Shown here in pieces: positions 8,461-17,344 of a DNA stretch of 64,000 bases. Position numbers and translations under genes: made by a program. Positions within the stretch are counted from its first letter, which is position 1. Every line of letters begins with the position of its first letter. The stretch covers positions 136,496 to 200,495 of the forward strand of contig ASMP01000001.1 in assembly GCA_000405225.1 (NCBI GenBank), written 5' to 3'. Under the pieces are notes generated by a model. That model worked only from the letters and a program-made list of their open reading frames with translations, did no database searches and was not told the origin of the DNA. The DNA comes from Nanoarchaeota archaeon SCGC AAA011-D5. GTDB lineage: Archaea; Nanobdellota; Nanobdellia; Pacearchaeales; GW2011-AR1.

Positions 8461-8505
8461 TTGCTCCGGAGTTCTGGTCATTCAAGACCCATGAACTATC
8501 GGGGC
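8461..8505 (-). other. orphan tRNA-Glu 5' fragment directly upstream of tRNA-Glu(CUC)
   Basis: GCCCCGATAGTTCA (14/14) then a diverged D loop and GAATG, followed by the palindrome CTCCGGAG; no matching 3' half adjacent. Confidence 0.5.
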
Positions 8506-8643
8506 TTTTATATTTTAATGAGAAGAAGATTGATATTTAAATTTTTGTTAGTGTTACAAATTTTAATTTAATCTTAATTGTTTTTATATTTATATAGGCA
8601 TATTTACATCAAAAATTCCTTCTTCTTCAGAAAAAAATCAGGC

Positions 8644-8898
8644 TTACTTCACAAGGGAGACGGCATCGTTGGGCCTGACTTTTTCAGGGACTTTTATGCC
8701 TATGTGGTCGCCTTTCTTTGCCGCTTTTACAGCAGTTCTTTCTATCTGCATGCTTCCGACCTTGACCTCAACGTCAGTTGTGTGGCCCTTTATATGGATC
8801 TTGTCTCCAACCTTTAAGCCAGAGGAAAGCTTTATGGCAGCAACCCCGACATGGCTAAAGTAACCCGAAATTCTTCCGATTTCTTTTTCATCCGCCAT
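8644..8898 (-). CDS. small beta-barrel protein resembling EF-Tu domain 2
   Basis: 84 aa; GDKIHIKGHTTDVEVKVGSMQIERTAVKAAKKGDHIGIKV resembles translation-factor domain II. Confidence 0.5.
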   Translation of the reverse strand: MADEKEIGRISGYFSHVGVAAIKLSSGLKVGDKIHIKGHTTDVEVKVGSMQIERTAVKAAKKGDHIGIKVPEKVRPNDAVSLVK

Positions 8899-9002
8899 GA
8901 TTTACCTAAGAGGCAGGGATATTTAAATTTAGTGTTGGTTATCTGGTTATCCATGTCTTAAATCCTAATAATGCTTAAATATGCAAAACACCTGTAAAAT
9001 TA

Positions 9003-9161
9003 ATGGAAAGTGAAGCCGAATGTAAGAAATGCAAAGGAACAAGAAGAATCAGGGATAAAGACGGAACAGTTCATGTTTGCTATGACTGCCTTGAAAAAGG
9101 CAAGATGGACCAGCACGATAAAAACCCGAAAACAGCAGCAGATTACAGGATAAAATTATAA
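9003..9161 (+). CDS. small zinc-ribbon protein (52 aa)
   Basis: Not in track; hand translation MESEAECKKCKGTRRIRDKDGTVHVCYDCLEKG... with CxxC...CxxC. Confidence 0.4.
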   Translation: MESEAECKKCKGTRRIRDKDGTVHVCYDCLEKGKMDQHDKNPKTAADYRIKL

Positions 9162-9217
9162 TTCCTCTCACAACTTCGCTCATTCTAGTTAGACAATTGC
9201 TTCGCGAAATTGCTCGA

Positions 9218-9290
9218 TAGCCCTGCCAGGATTCGAACCTGGGTCTAAGGCGCCAGAGGCCTTCATACTTGACCGCTATACTACAGGGCT
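9218..9290 (-). tRNA. tRNA-Gln(CUG)
   Basis: Hand-folded 73 nt: A1-U72 acceptor AGCCCTG/CAGGGCT, anticodon stem AAGGC/GCCTT, loop CTCTGGC, T arm CCAGG TTCGAAT CCTGG. Confidence 0.85.
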
Positions 9291-9411
9291 TTTATACAAA
9301 TTAGACAGATTCAGCAAGTTTAAAAGATTTTACAACAAGTATTTTGACGCATACCGCCATAATGTCTAACTCGTTAAATTTATATTCATATTCTTCCATT
9401 ATTATAGCAAG

Positions 9412-9870
9412 ATGATATGGAAAACGCATCTGGCAATAGGGCTTGCCGTTGCACTTTATTTTTTAAGTCATGTAAATAAGCCCATGATATTTTTTCCAGT
9501 CGTTCTGGCCTCCAGTTTTTTTCCAGATATAGATTCAAAGTTTTCTTATATAGGAAAAAAGGCATTATCCAGGCCAGTTCAGTGGACTGTTTCTCACAGG
9601 GGAATAATTCACAGTTATACCCTATGTATTGTCCTTTCACTTCTCATAGCTTTTTTTTATCCTGTTTTTGCTCTCCCGTTTTTTTTGGGATATAGCTCCC
9701 ATCTTTTTGCAGACAGTTTTACCGTTCAAGGAATAAAACCTTTTTGGCCCCTCAAGGCTGTTTCCAAAGGGCCTGTAATCACAGGAGGAAAGATAGACAG
9801 GGTTATTTTTTATACTTTTGTTCTGATAGATGCGGTCTTTCTCGGGACAGTACTTTACAATTTGTTTTAG
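9412..9870 (+). CDS. membrane-bound metal-dependent hydrolase, YdjM/DUF457-like
   Basis: Multi-TM; N-terminal THLAIG, DIDS, HRGIIHS motifs. Confidence 0.6.
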   Translation: MIWKTHLAIGLAVALYFLSHVNKPMIFFPVVLASSFFPDIDSKFSYIGKKALSRPVQWTVSHRGIIHSYTLCIVLSLLIAFFYPVFALPFFLGYSSHLFADSFTVQGIKPFWPLKAVSKGPVITGGKIDRVIFYTFVLIDAVFLGTVLYNLF

Positions 9871-9916
9871 ATTTCAGATTAGAAAAATTTTTATATACAA
9901 ACATCTTTCATCTTGA

Positions 9917-10204
9917 ATGAATATGATATTAATCATTGTAATAGCTGCCCTGCTGCTTATTTATCTTGGACTTAAATGGAATAACATAAGAACGAAAATT
10001 GCCTTCTTTTTTATACTCTTTGGATTCCTGTTCTTGTTATTAATCTTCTTTGTGATCAGCGGACGCCTGGATTATTCAGCAATAGGGCAGACCTCTTCAT
10101 CCATAAAAGGCTATTTTCTGACTGTTAAAGGGCTTGCCGTAAATGTTTTTGAAGCTACAGGAAGGATAATAGGCCGCCTGAATGCGGGGAGCTCAACCGG
10201 TTGA
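9917..10204 (+). CDS. small membrane protein
   Basis: Two hydrophobic helices; first of three consecutive small membrane ORFs. Confidence 0.4.
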   Translation: MNMILIIVIAALLLIYLGLKWNNIRTKIAFFFILFGFLFLLLIFFVISGRLDYSAIGQTSSSIKGYFLTVKGLAVNVFEATGRIIGRLNAGSSTG

Positions 10205-10208
10205 AAAA

Positions 10209-10406
10209 ATGAAAATCCAAATGATTATAATAAAATTCCTGATTCTTGGAGCATTATTCATAATAAGCAACCAGAATCTTCACCTTGGAATTTTGCAGGA
10301 AAGGGAACTTTTTTTTGATACCTATCTGGGATGGGTTACAAACATAGCAAGCCAAATCCTGGATGTCACAGGGTACGTGATAAAATTCCAGTGGCTTCCC
10401 AAGTAA
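10209..10406 (+). CDS. small membrane protein
   Basis: Start set to MKIQMII just after the previous stop; one TM helix. Confidence 0.35.
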   Translation: MKIQMIIIKFLILGALFIISNQNLHLGILQERELFFDTYLGWVTNIASQILDVTGYVIKFQWLPK

Positions 10407-10437
10407 TATTTATAAACCAAAATAACCATCATAGGAT

Positions 10438-10692
10438 ATGGCTGGAAAAACAAGAGCGGTGACGGGAAGAGCCCAAAAAACCTCCCCCTTAAACAATAAA
10501 ATAAGCATTTCATGGAGAAGTTTTATCGTCTTTTTAGTCCTGTTTCTGGTTTCATTCTTGTTATATGTTCTTTCGTCAACCCCTCTTTTTGAGAATCTTT
10601 TTCAATTACTATCTATTATTTTCGGGTTTTTATCCCTGGCACTCCTTATAGTGGTGCTGGTTTTCTTAATTCTCAAATCAGGAAGAAGATAA
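10438..10692 (+). CDS. small membrane protein
   Basis: Basic N-terminus followed by two TM helices. Confidence 0.4.
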   Translation: MAGKTRAVTGRAQKTSPLNNKISISWRSFIVFLVLFLVSFLLYVLSSTPLFENLFQLLSIIFGFLSLALLIVVLVFLILKSGRR

Positions 10693-10756
10693 TTTTAACA
10701 CTCTTTATCTAAAACCTTAAATTTTTATACTATATTTTTGCTCTATTCATATAAAA

Positions 10757-10830
10757 GCCTCGGTAGCTCAGCTGGTAAGAGTGCGTCCTTGGTAAGGACG
10801 AGGTCCCGAGTTCAATTCTCGGCCGAGGCT
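10757..10830 (+). tRNA. tRNA-Thr(GGU)
   Basis: Hand-folded 74 nt: GCCTCGG/CCGAGGC acceptor, anticodon stem CGTCC/GGACG, loop TTGGTAA, T arm CCGAG TTCAATT CTCGG. Confidence 0.9.
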
Positions 10831-10868
10831 CTGCTTAAGTTTATAAAACAGGTATCTTTAAAATAAAA

Positions 10869-11363
10869 ATGGGAAAATCAGGAATAGGAATGGGTTTGGA
10901 ACAGCTGAAAATTGATTATCTAGCATTGCATAAAAAATATGGTCTCCCGGGTTTCAAGGAGATGAACGAGGATTTCTATATAGAGAAGATTGCAGAAAAT
11001 GAGACAGACATACTTATAAGAGAAGTGAGAAGGATGGTTGGGGACAGGCTCATGAACTATATGAGGTTCATTGAAAATCTTCTGAATCCCGTGAATGCTC
11101 CGATGTTTGTCTTCCCTATAATAAAACTTATGGGGCCAGAAGAAAAAGACAAGCTTTCAGATATCTACAAAAAACTCATACAAAACGAGATTAAGTTTGT
11201 GGAGAGGGACCTGGAATTTGACGAAGCCCAGGAAGCAGGGTTTATAAAAGAATCTTATAAGTTATGGCAGGGCATGAAGAAACCTTTGGTTACTATCTTC
11301 GAAAAAGTGGAAAAAAGCTGGGGGGCAAAAACAGAGGAGAACAGCAAAGAGTACCTCGGTTAG
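10869..11363 (+). CDS. hypothetical protein
   Basis: 164-aa ORF with normal composition; no motif recognised. Confidence 0.45.
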   Translation: MGKSGIGMGLEQLKIDYLALHKKYGLPGFKEMNEDFYIEKIAENETDILIREVRRMVGDRLMNYMRFIENLLNPVNAPMFVFPIIKLMGPEEKDKLSDIYKKLIQNEIKFVERDLEFDEAQEAGFIKESYKLWQGMKKPLVTIFEKVEKSWGAKTEENSKEYLG

Positions 11364-11392
11364 GGCAAGTACAAAAGCAACTTTAATGAGAA

Positions 11393-11839
11393 ATGGGAAT
11401 CAAAATTAAAGAAATTGATATATTAGATATATTAACGCTTGAAAAAGCATCTTTTTTAATTTCTAAGTATTCATGGGGAAATAATTACCCTATTAAACCG
11501 ATTGATGAAGTTAGCAAAGCGGAATATTGTATTGGAGCTTATAATAACAACGAACTTATTGGATTTGCAGCTGTTAGTCGTTTTGGTAGTCCTGACGGTA
11601 AGGACAACGGTAAATTGTGGTTAGGATATGCGGTTGTTATTCCTGAATTTCGCCGACATAGCATTTTTCAAAAGTTATACGGTGCCCGTATGAACTGGGC
11701 AAGAGAAAAATCAGAACCTCTTTTCGCCTGCACAGATAACCCCATTATAAAAAAATTTTTACTCTCACGTGGATGGAATCTGTTAAGAAAAACGCGAGAT
11801 GAATCAAATGCTCCATGTCTTGTGTTTAAGCATAAATAA
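11393..11839 (+). CDS. GNAT-family N-acetyltransferase (probable)
   Basis: LIGFAAVS...LGYAVVIPEFRRHSIFQKLY resembles the acetyl-CoA binding beta4-alpha3 segment. Confidence 0.5.
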   Translation: MGIKIKEIDILDILTLEKASFLISKYSWGNNYPIKPIDEVSKAEYCIGAYNNNELIGFAAVSRFGSPDGKDNGKLWLGYAVVIPEFRRHSIFQKLYGARMNWAREKSEPLFACTDNPIIKKFLLSRGWNLLRKTRDESNAPCLVFKHK

Positions 11840-11855
11840 TGTTTAGGTAAATGTT

Positions 11856-12701
11856 ATGGTCACTAAAAAAGAAATAGTTGATTACTATGATTTTAGCACC
11901 CTGGATTATCAGCTATACAGCGGCAGTCGAACTAACATCAGCATGCATTATGGCTTGTGGGATGAAACAACTAAAAATCATAAACAGGCCCTTCTTAACG
12001 AAAACAGAATTTTAGCAGATATTGCTCAGATAAAATCTCCTGATAAAGTTATTGACATTGGATGCGGTTATGGATTGAGTAGTATTTGGCTTGCACAAAA
12101 TCTTGGATGCCATGTTACAGGGATTACTTTTAGCAAAAAACAGGTAGAGTTTGCTAAAAAACTTGCAAAGTCGCGCGGAGTAGCCCACCTTACTAAATTT
12201 ATAGTTGGTGATTTCCACAGCATGCGTTTTCCCGATAAATCTTTTACTGTTGCATTTGTGATAGAAAGCATTAGCCATTCAAAAGAAAAGGCTAAAGCAG
12301 TTTTGGAGATTTATAGGGTTTTAAAAAACAATGGGAGATGTGTTATTGCGGATGGGTTTTTTCACAAAGACCCCACCAAGTTAACTGAGAGAGAACAAGA
12401 TATTGCCGCAAAATGCTTTAAGGGAGTGTATGTGCCTCCTGTTGCAAGAAAGGAAATTTTTGAAAGATATATTAAAAAAAGTGGATTTAAGAATGTAAAA
12501 TTTTATGACAAAACTTCCAATATTCTTCCTACGGCAAGGTATGTTCACCGTTTCGGATTATTACTTTACCCTCTTTCAAGACTATTTGAGTGGCTTGGTA
12601 TAAAAGCTTTAAAGACTTCCCACATGGAAGCATTCATAAATCAGTATTATGCTTTTAATGAATGTATTGGGATTTATGGAATATTTTATGGAAAGAAATA
12701 G
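11856..12701 (+). CDS. class I SAM-dependent methyltransferase
   Basis: Motif I VIDIGCGYGLSS, acidic loop, motif post-II VIADGFF; resembles CFA-synthase/type-11 methyltransferases. Confidence 0.7.
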   Translation: MVTKKEIVDYYDFSTLDYQLYSGSRTNISMHYGLWDETTKNHKQALLNENRILADIAQIKSPDKVIDIGCGYGLSSIWLAQNLGCHVTGITFSKKQVEFAKKLAKSRGVAHLTKFIVGDFHSMRFPDKSFTVAFVIESISHSKEKAKAVLEIYRVLKNNGRCVIADGFFHKDPTKLTEREQDIAAKCFKGVYVPPVARKEIFERYIKKSGFKNVKFYDKTSNILPTARYVHRFGLLLYPLSRLFEWLGIKALKTSHMEAFINQYYAFNECIGIYGIFYGKK

Positions 12702-12709
12702 ACTTTATA

Positions 12710-14365
12710 TTATCTTATCAGCATCTTAAAAACTTCTTCGAGCTCAATTTCAAGAAGGGCAACCGGCATTTTTATTCTCCAATTTTTCAGGATTTTCGGA
12801 TGTATTTCCCCAACAAAACCGAGATTTTTTTCATTCAGGTAAATTTCAGCAGTCCTTCCTTCTATAAACCAGTGCGGGGGATTTTTCGGCTCGCTGAAAG
12901 AAATTTCGGAGTCAAGAGCCAGCATTCTGAAAAAGTATTCAAGCGCCTGTTTTACGTCTGTAAAATTTCCAGGAGCAAAGGCACAAGCCAGCATTTCTTC
13001 TTCAGTCACTTTTTCAGAAACAATCTGGAAAACTTTTCCGATTTCAAATATTTTCTGTGGATACTCTGAATCAACATTCTCTGAAAGATTTTTTAGAAGA
13101 AAATGAGAAAGATTTTGCCGAAGAGCATTGTATTCTGTTTTTGAATCCCTAATGCTTGTAAGAATTGTCTTTTCTGGCAGTCCCATTTTTTCAATCTGGT
13201 CTGTTTTGTTTGTAAGGTGATAATTGGAAACCTCTATCATTCCCAGGCCAGAAAGAATTTCAGAGAATTTTCTTTTGATGGTCTCCCTGGAATCTTCTCC
13301 GCCTATTGTTGAGATATCTGGAATTTCTGGGGAAAGATTTTCATAACCATAAGCAATTGCAACATCTTCAATCAGGTCAACCTCATGAAGTATATCTGTT
13401 CTCCAGGCAGGAATTTCGGCAGTCTTGTTTTTATAATTGTAACCCATTTTCTCGAGAAGCTGTTTGAGCTGTTTTTCATTGATGTTTGTTCCCAAAAGCC
13501 CGTTGGCATTTTCAAGAGAGAGTTTCATTTTTCTTGGTGTTAAATCAGGGGTTTTTTCTTTTTTTATATATCCGTACCTGAGCTCCATTTGGTAAATTTT
13601 CCCACCCATGTCTGCCATGCAGGTCACGATTATATTCAGGCATGTTTTTAAGATTTCGAAGTCAAAACCAGAGCACTCAATAAACACGTCCCTTGTTTCC
13701 TGAGTTATTTTTCCAGTAAGTTTGGAGTTAATTACAGGAGGCATGCTCAGAATCTGCCCTTTGGAATCTGTAAAAATCGGGAATTTAATTTTTCCTGCAA
13801 GAAGATGAGAGTATTTTTTTCCTGCACTGTGCCTCTGCAAAATTTCAAGCCCAGAAATCTCTTTATCCATCTCAAGGGGAATGAATCTTATCTTGTCAGG
13901 CTCTACCGCTTTGAAAGTTATCGGAAGTTCTATCTTTTCCAGAGGATAGATTCCTATTGCAGCTCTTTTTCTTCTTCTTCCTACTGTCATGTGCAATCTT
14001 TCCTGTATATCAATTATTTCTTTTATTTTTTCATCATCGAGTTGCAATCCACGGACAATCGCACATGCAGTATATGGCCTTATGTCTTTCACAGACGAAT
14101 CCACAATGACCCCATAATTTTCTTCTGGCTTGTTTATTTTATAATTCACAAGTCCCGTTTTTTTCCCAAGGAAGGCCAGGAAAGACCTTTTGAATCCGTG
14201 ATATGAGAGTAAATCCGGCCTGTTTGGAAAAACTTCTATGCTTATCTCATCTTTTTCCTCTCTTTCGATTGGGGTTCCGAACATGGGAATCTTATTTTTC
14301 ATTTGCTCATCGAAAGTCCCTATGTCTTTTTCAAACTGTTTTTTGCTGAAAGTTACTATTGCCAT
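12710..14365 (-). CDS. pheT: phenylalanine--tRNA ligase beta subunit (archaeal type)
   Basis: EVFPNRPDLLSYHGFKRS and B3/4-B5-like layout; 551 aa; same operon as pheS. Confidence 0.9.
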   Translation of the reverse strand: MAIVTFSKKQFEKDIGTFDEQMKNKIPMFGTPIEREEKDEISIEVFPNRPDLLSYHGFKRSFLAFLGKKTGLVNYKINKPEENYGVIVDSSVKDIRPYTACAIVRGLQLDDEKIKEIIDIQERLHMTVGRRRKRAAIGIYPLEKIELPITFKAVEPDKIRFIPLEMDKEISGLEILQRHSAGKKYSHLLAGKIKFPIFTDSKGQILSMPPVINSKLTGKITQETRDVFIECSGFDFEILKTCLNIIVTCMADMGGKIYQMELRYGYIKKEKTPDLTPRKMKLSLENANGLLGTNINEKQLKQLLEKMGYNYKNKTAEIPAWRTDILHEVDLIEDVAIAYGYENLSPEIPDISTIGGEDSRETIKRKFSEILSGLGMIEVSNYHLTNKTDQIEKMGLPEKTILTSIRDSKTEYNALRQNLSHFLLKNLSENVDSEYPQKIFEIGKVFQIVSEKVTEEEMLACAFAPGNFTDVKQALEYFFRMLALDSEISFSEPKNPPHWFIEGRTAEIYLNEKNLGFVGEIHPKILKNWRIKMPVALLEIELEEVFKMLIR

Positions 14366-14368
14366 TTT

Positions 14369-14764
14369 TTATTTTCCAATGATTTTTTTAGCTATTTCTG
14401 TATCTTTCTTTAATTCATATTTTTTTGTTGGCCAAAAAGTAGCTAATCCATCATTAAAGTATCTTGGAATTAGGTGTATATGAAAGTGCGGGACATCTAA
14501 TCCAACAATTGACAAAGTTATATAATCTGCTTTCGTTCCATTTTTTACCTTTTCCATCAGCACCTTAGCCTTGACAAAGATTTTTTTTAAAATGTCTTCA
14601 GGAGTGTCCTCCATCCTTTCATAGTGTTTTTTAGGTATCAATAATGTGTGACCATAATTAACAGGATTAATATCTAAGAAAGCAAAGAAATCTGAATCTT
14701 CCCAGATTTTCACGCTTGGAATTTTTCCTTCAGTTATTTTGCAAAAGATGCAGTCTGTTTTCAT
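14369..14764 (-). CDS. HIT-family nucleotide hydrolase/transferase
   Basis: CIFCKI Zn-like N-terminus and histidine triad HFHIHLIP. Confidence 0.85.
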   Translation of the reverse strand: MKTDCIFCKITEGKIPSVKIWEDSDFFAFLDINPVNYGHTLLIPKKHYERMEDTPEDILKKIFVKAKVLMEKVKNGTKADYITLSIVGLDVPHFHIHLIPRYFNDGLATFWPTKKYELKKDTEIAKKIIGK

Positions 14765-15312
14765 TTTAATACCGATTTTAATTTTTTAATCAATTTCTTT
14801 GATTCTTTATCCCAATCTTTAATTGTTTTTACTCCACAATCCCAAGAGTCCAACCCTCTTTTAACAATATAGTTTTCTCTGTAAAAAGAGCTTCTTTTGG
14901 GAATAAGGTTTATTTGAAATCGTGTCGGGTCAATAAGAATCCATTTCTTTCCAATGTAAGTCTCAGCCACGCAATGCCCTCCTTTTCTGGGCCGATTTTT
15001 ATCTATCCCAAATACATATTTAGTAGGAATATCTAAAGCTCTTAGAAAAGTAACTAGCAATAAAGTTGTATCATGACATCCTGTATCTTTTTTATGACTA
15101 ATTATTTCATCTGCCGTCCTAGTAGCAAAAACCTTAAGCACTTTTTTACGATCTTCTTCAGAAGAGATATTTACATCTATCCATTTTAATATTTGGAATA
15201 TTTTTTTTAAGTTATCTCCTTTAAACTTACTTGCAATCTTTTTTATTTTTGGAGTAATTCTTGATTGCTTACCTTCTTTTAACCAATATGAAACATTTTC
15301 TTCCATTTTCAA
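14761..15312 (-). CDS. transglutaminase-like cysteine peptidase-fold protein
   Basis: Candidate Cys-His-Asp triad: DTGCHDTT, GGHCVAETYI, WILIDP. Confidence 0.55.
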   Translation of the reverse strand: MKMEENVSYWLKEGKQSRITPKIKKIASKFKGDNLKKIFQILKWIDVNISSEEDRKKVLKVFATRTADEIISHKKDTGCHDTTLLLVTFLRALDIPTKYVFGIDKNRPRKGGHCVAETYIGKKWILIDPTRFQINLIPKRSSFYRENYIVKRGLDSWDCGVKTIKDWDKESKKLIKKLKSVLK

Positions 15313-16832
15313 GTTTTGAGCCAGAATTTCATTTTCCTTAGCTGGTTTATGTCATTTTTGTACAATTCACGAAGGTCCTTTATGTTGTAGTAATCCATGA
15401 CCATCCTGTCAAAACCAGGGCCCCAAGCCAGGACAGGAACGTTTTTCCCTAAAAGAGGAATAACAACCTCTGGCCTGAAAATTCCTGCTCCGCCCAACTC
15501 AAGCCATGCTTTTTTTTCAGGATACCAGCAATCTATTTCCACGCTTGGTTCTGTATACGGAAAATATCCCGGGCGAAATCTTATTTTTTCAAAACCCATT
15601 TTTGTAAAAAATGCCTTTAAATAGCCAAGAAGATGCCTGAAATTTGCCTTTGAATCTATGACAATTCCTTCTGTCTGATTGAATTCGAAGCCATGGCTCC
15701 AATCAACGGTTTCGTTTCGGAAACATTTTCCTATAGCGAAGAATTTTGCAGGAAGTTCTTCCTGCTTTAATTTTGCCAGGGTCTGTGCAGAAAGAACTGT
15801 TGTGTGTGTTCTGAGAACAAGCCTTTTTGCCTCTTCTTCATCCCATTTGTATCTCCATCCGGTGCTTCCCGGAACCCCTGTCTCGTGTGCTTCTTTTACA
15901 GACTTTACTATTTTCTTATCGGGAAGTTCTTCCTTTTTTTCAAGAAAGAAAGTATCCTGCATTTCCCTGACAGGATGGTCTTGTGCAGTGAATAAAGCAT
16001 CGAAGTTCCAGAAGCTTGAAACAACGAGATCTCCCGACATTTCTTTGAAACCCATTTGAGTCCACACTGTTCTTGCATAGTCTGCAGCCTGATTAACAAA
16101 GTGCCTTTTTCCGCCGCTTATTCTTGATAAAGGAAGGCTTACCTCATATCTTCTGAATTTTTTGCCTTTCCATAGAGGCTCTTTTTTTAGCATTTCAGGA
16201 GTTATCTGCTCTATCAAATCCTTGTTCTTTAATCCCAAGGCCATTATTTCTTTTCCGAGGCTGGTCAGCTCTATGCCCATGGTTTTTTCATCAATTAGTT
16301 CTATTATTCCTTTTCTATTTTTCAGGGATTCGAGCGTATGCTGTTGTTTCTCACTTAAAGAACCATATTCCATTGGAAGGGATTCTATAAAGAGCTCCTC
16401 AGGACTTTTTTTGGAAATTTCTTCTTTTTTTGCGCCAAGAATTATCTTTCCATTTTTCAACTCTATGAATGCCTTTTTCTTTAAAGCCCCCAAAGAAGCC
16501 CTGAACTCTTCTTCTGAAAGACCGCTCTGCTTTTCTGCGTCTTCAATTTTGATAATCCTTTTTTCCTCCAGAAGTGCAAGCAACCTCCTCTCAGGAAGTC
16601 CCTTTCTCCTGTATAATGCCCCATTGACCCCGACATCAATTATTTTTCTCTGCTTCCTGGATATTTTTATCAGGCCTTTATTCTTTAGGTATTCAAGTGA
16701 TCTTATCACAGAGACTTTGTCGAGGTTTGATTTTTTGCAGATTTCCGTAACATTCTTTTCTTCAAGATGCGGTAAAATCCGCTGTTCGTTAGGACTTAAA
16801 GATTCCAGGATTTTGTTGATATTTTCAGCCAT
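15309..16832 (-). CDS. pheS: phenylalanine--tRNA ligase alpha subunit
   Basis: Class II motifs FRPGYFPYTEPSVE and GGAGIFRPEV; N-terminal winged-helix repeats typical of archaeal PheS. Confidence 0.9.
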   Translation of the reverse strand: MAENINKILESLSPNEQRILPHLEEKNVTEICKKSNLDKVSVIRSLEYLKNKGLIKISRKQRKIIDVGVNGALYRRKGLPERRLLALLEEKRIIKIEDAEKQSGLSEEEFRASLGALKKKAFIELKNGKIILGAKKEEISKKSPEELFIESLPMEYGSLSEKQQHTLESLKNRKGIIELIDEKTMGIELTSLGKEIMALGLKNKDLIEQITPEMLKKEPLWKGKKFRRYEVSLPLSRISGGKRHFVNQAADYARTVWTQMGFKEMSGDLVVSSFWNFDALFTAQDHPVREMQDTFFLEKKEELPDKKIVKSVKEAHETGVPGSTGWRYKWDEEEAKRLVLRTHTTVLSAQTLAKLKQEELPAKFFAIGKCFRNETVDWSHGFEFNQTEGIVIDSKANFRHLLGYLKAFFTKMGFEKIRFRPGYFPYTEPSVEIDCWYPEKKAWLELGGAGIFRPEVVIPLLGKNVPVLAWGPGFDRMVMDYYNIKDLRELYKNDINQLRKMKFWLKT

Positions 16833-16841
16833 TTTTTATCA

Positions 16842-17297
16842 TCACAAATTTTTAGTCATCCATGTCGGCATCCCAAGAACAAGGCCAAGACACTTTAAAT
16901 CATGCTTGTCTTTTTCCCTGTCGGTTTTTGAGATGAACCGCATTTTTAGTTTATTTTTATTACAGAGCCTTACATTTTGCCTTACGCGAGCCAGCATATC
17001 CGCCTTCCCCTCTTTTTCTGCTTTGAGAATTTCTTCTATATTTATGCCCACGGTAACATTTTTCTTTTTGGCTGTTTTTGCGAGAACCTGATTAAATCCG
17101 GAGTTTCTCTGTTTAATCCCGTCTTTCCTGCCTTCCTGGTTTATCAGCAGAACACTTATGGCTTCTTTTTCAATGACTTTCCTTGCCAGTTCATCATCAT
17201 CGCTGGCAAATACCACCTCTTTTCCGCTGCTTTTAGACTCTCTTATTTTTTTTCTGGATTCGTTAAAATCCCTGCCAGAAATTAATACATATGCCAT
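16842..17297 (-). CDS. possible RNase P protein component 3 (Rpp30-like), shortened
   Basis: Weak: C-terminal RFISKTDREKDKHDLKCLGLVLGM resembles the Rpp30 tail; only 151 aa. Confidence 0.35.
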   Translation of the reverse strand: MAYVLISGRDFNESRKKIRESKSSGKEVVFASDDDELARKVIEKEAISVLLINQEGRKDGIKQRNSGFNQVLAKTAKKKNVTVGINIEEILKAEKEGKADMLARVRQNVRLCNKNKLKMRFISKTDREKDKHDLKCLGLVLGMPTWMTKNL

Positions 17298-17344
17298 TTC
17301 TTTAAAGAGATAAGGGTATTTATAAAAATTAACCTAAAAGAACC

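Noticed and set aside
8283-8540. 85-aa plus-strand ORF
   Set aside because: It runs straight through tRNA-Glu(CUC) and the tRNA fragment on the opposite strand, so it is explained by the RNA gene.
8653-8675. acggcatcgttgggcctgac (encoding RPNDAVSL) resembles the ppsA/rps6e PSDAE repeat
   Set aside because: Only about 14 of 17 nt match, and the segment lies within a well-structured domain of an unrelated small protein. This is probably coincidence.
16162-17091. 309-aa plus-strand ORF opposite pheS
   Set aside because: It lies antisense to a confidently identified PheRS alpha gene, and its translation is Ser/Phe-rich junk.
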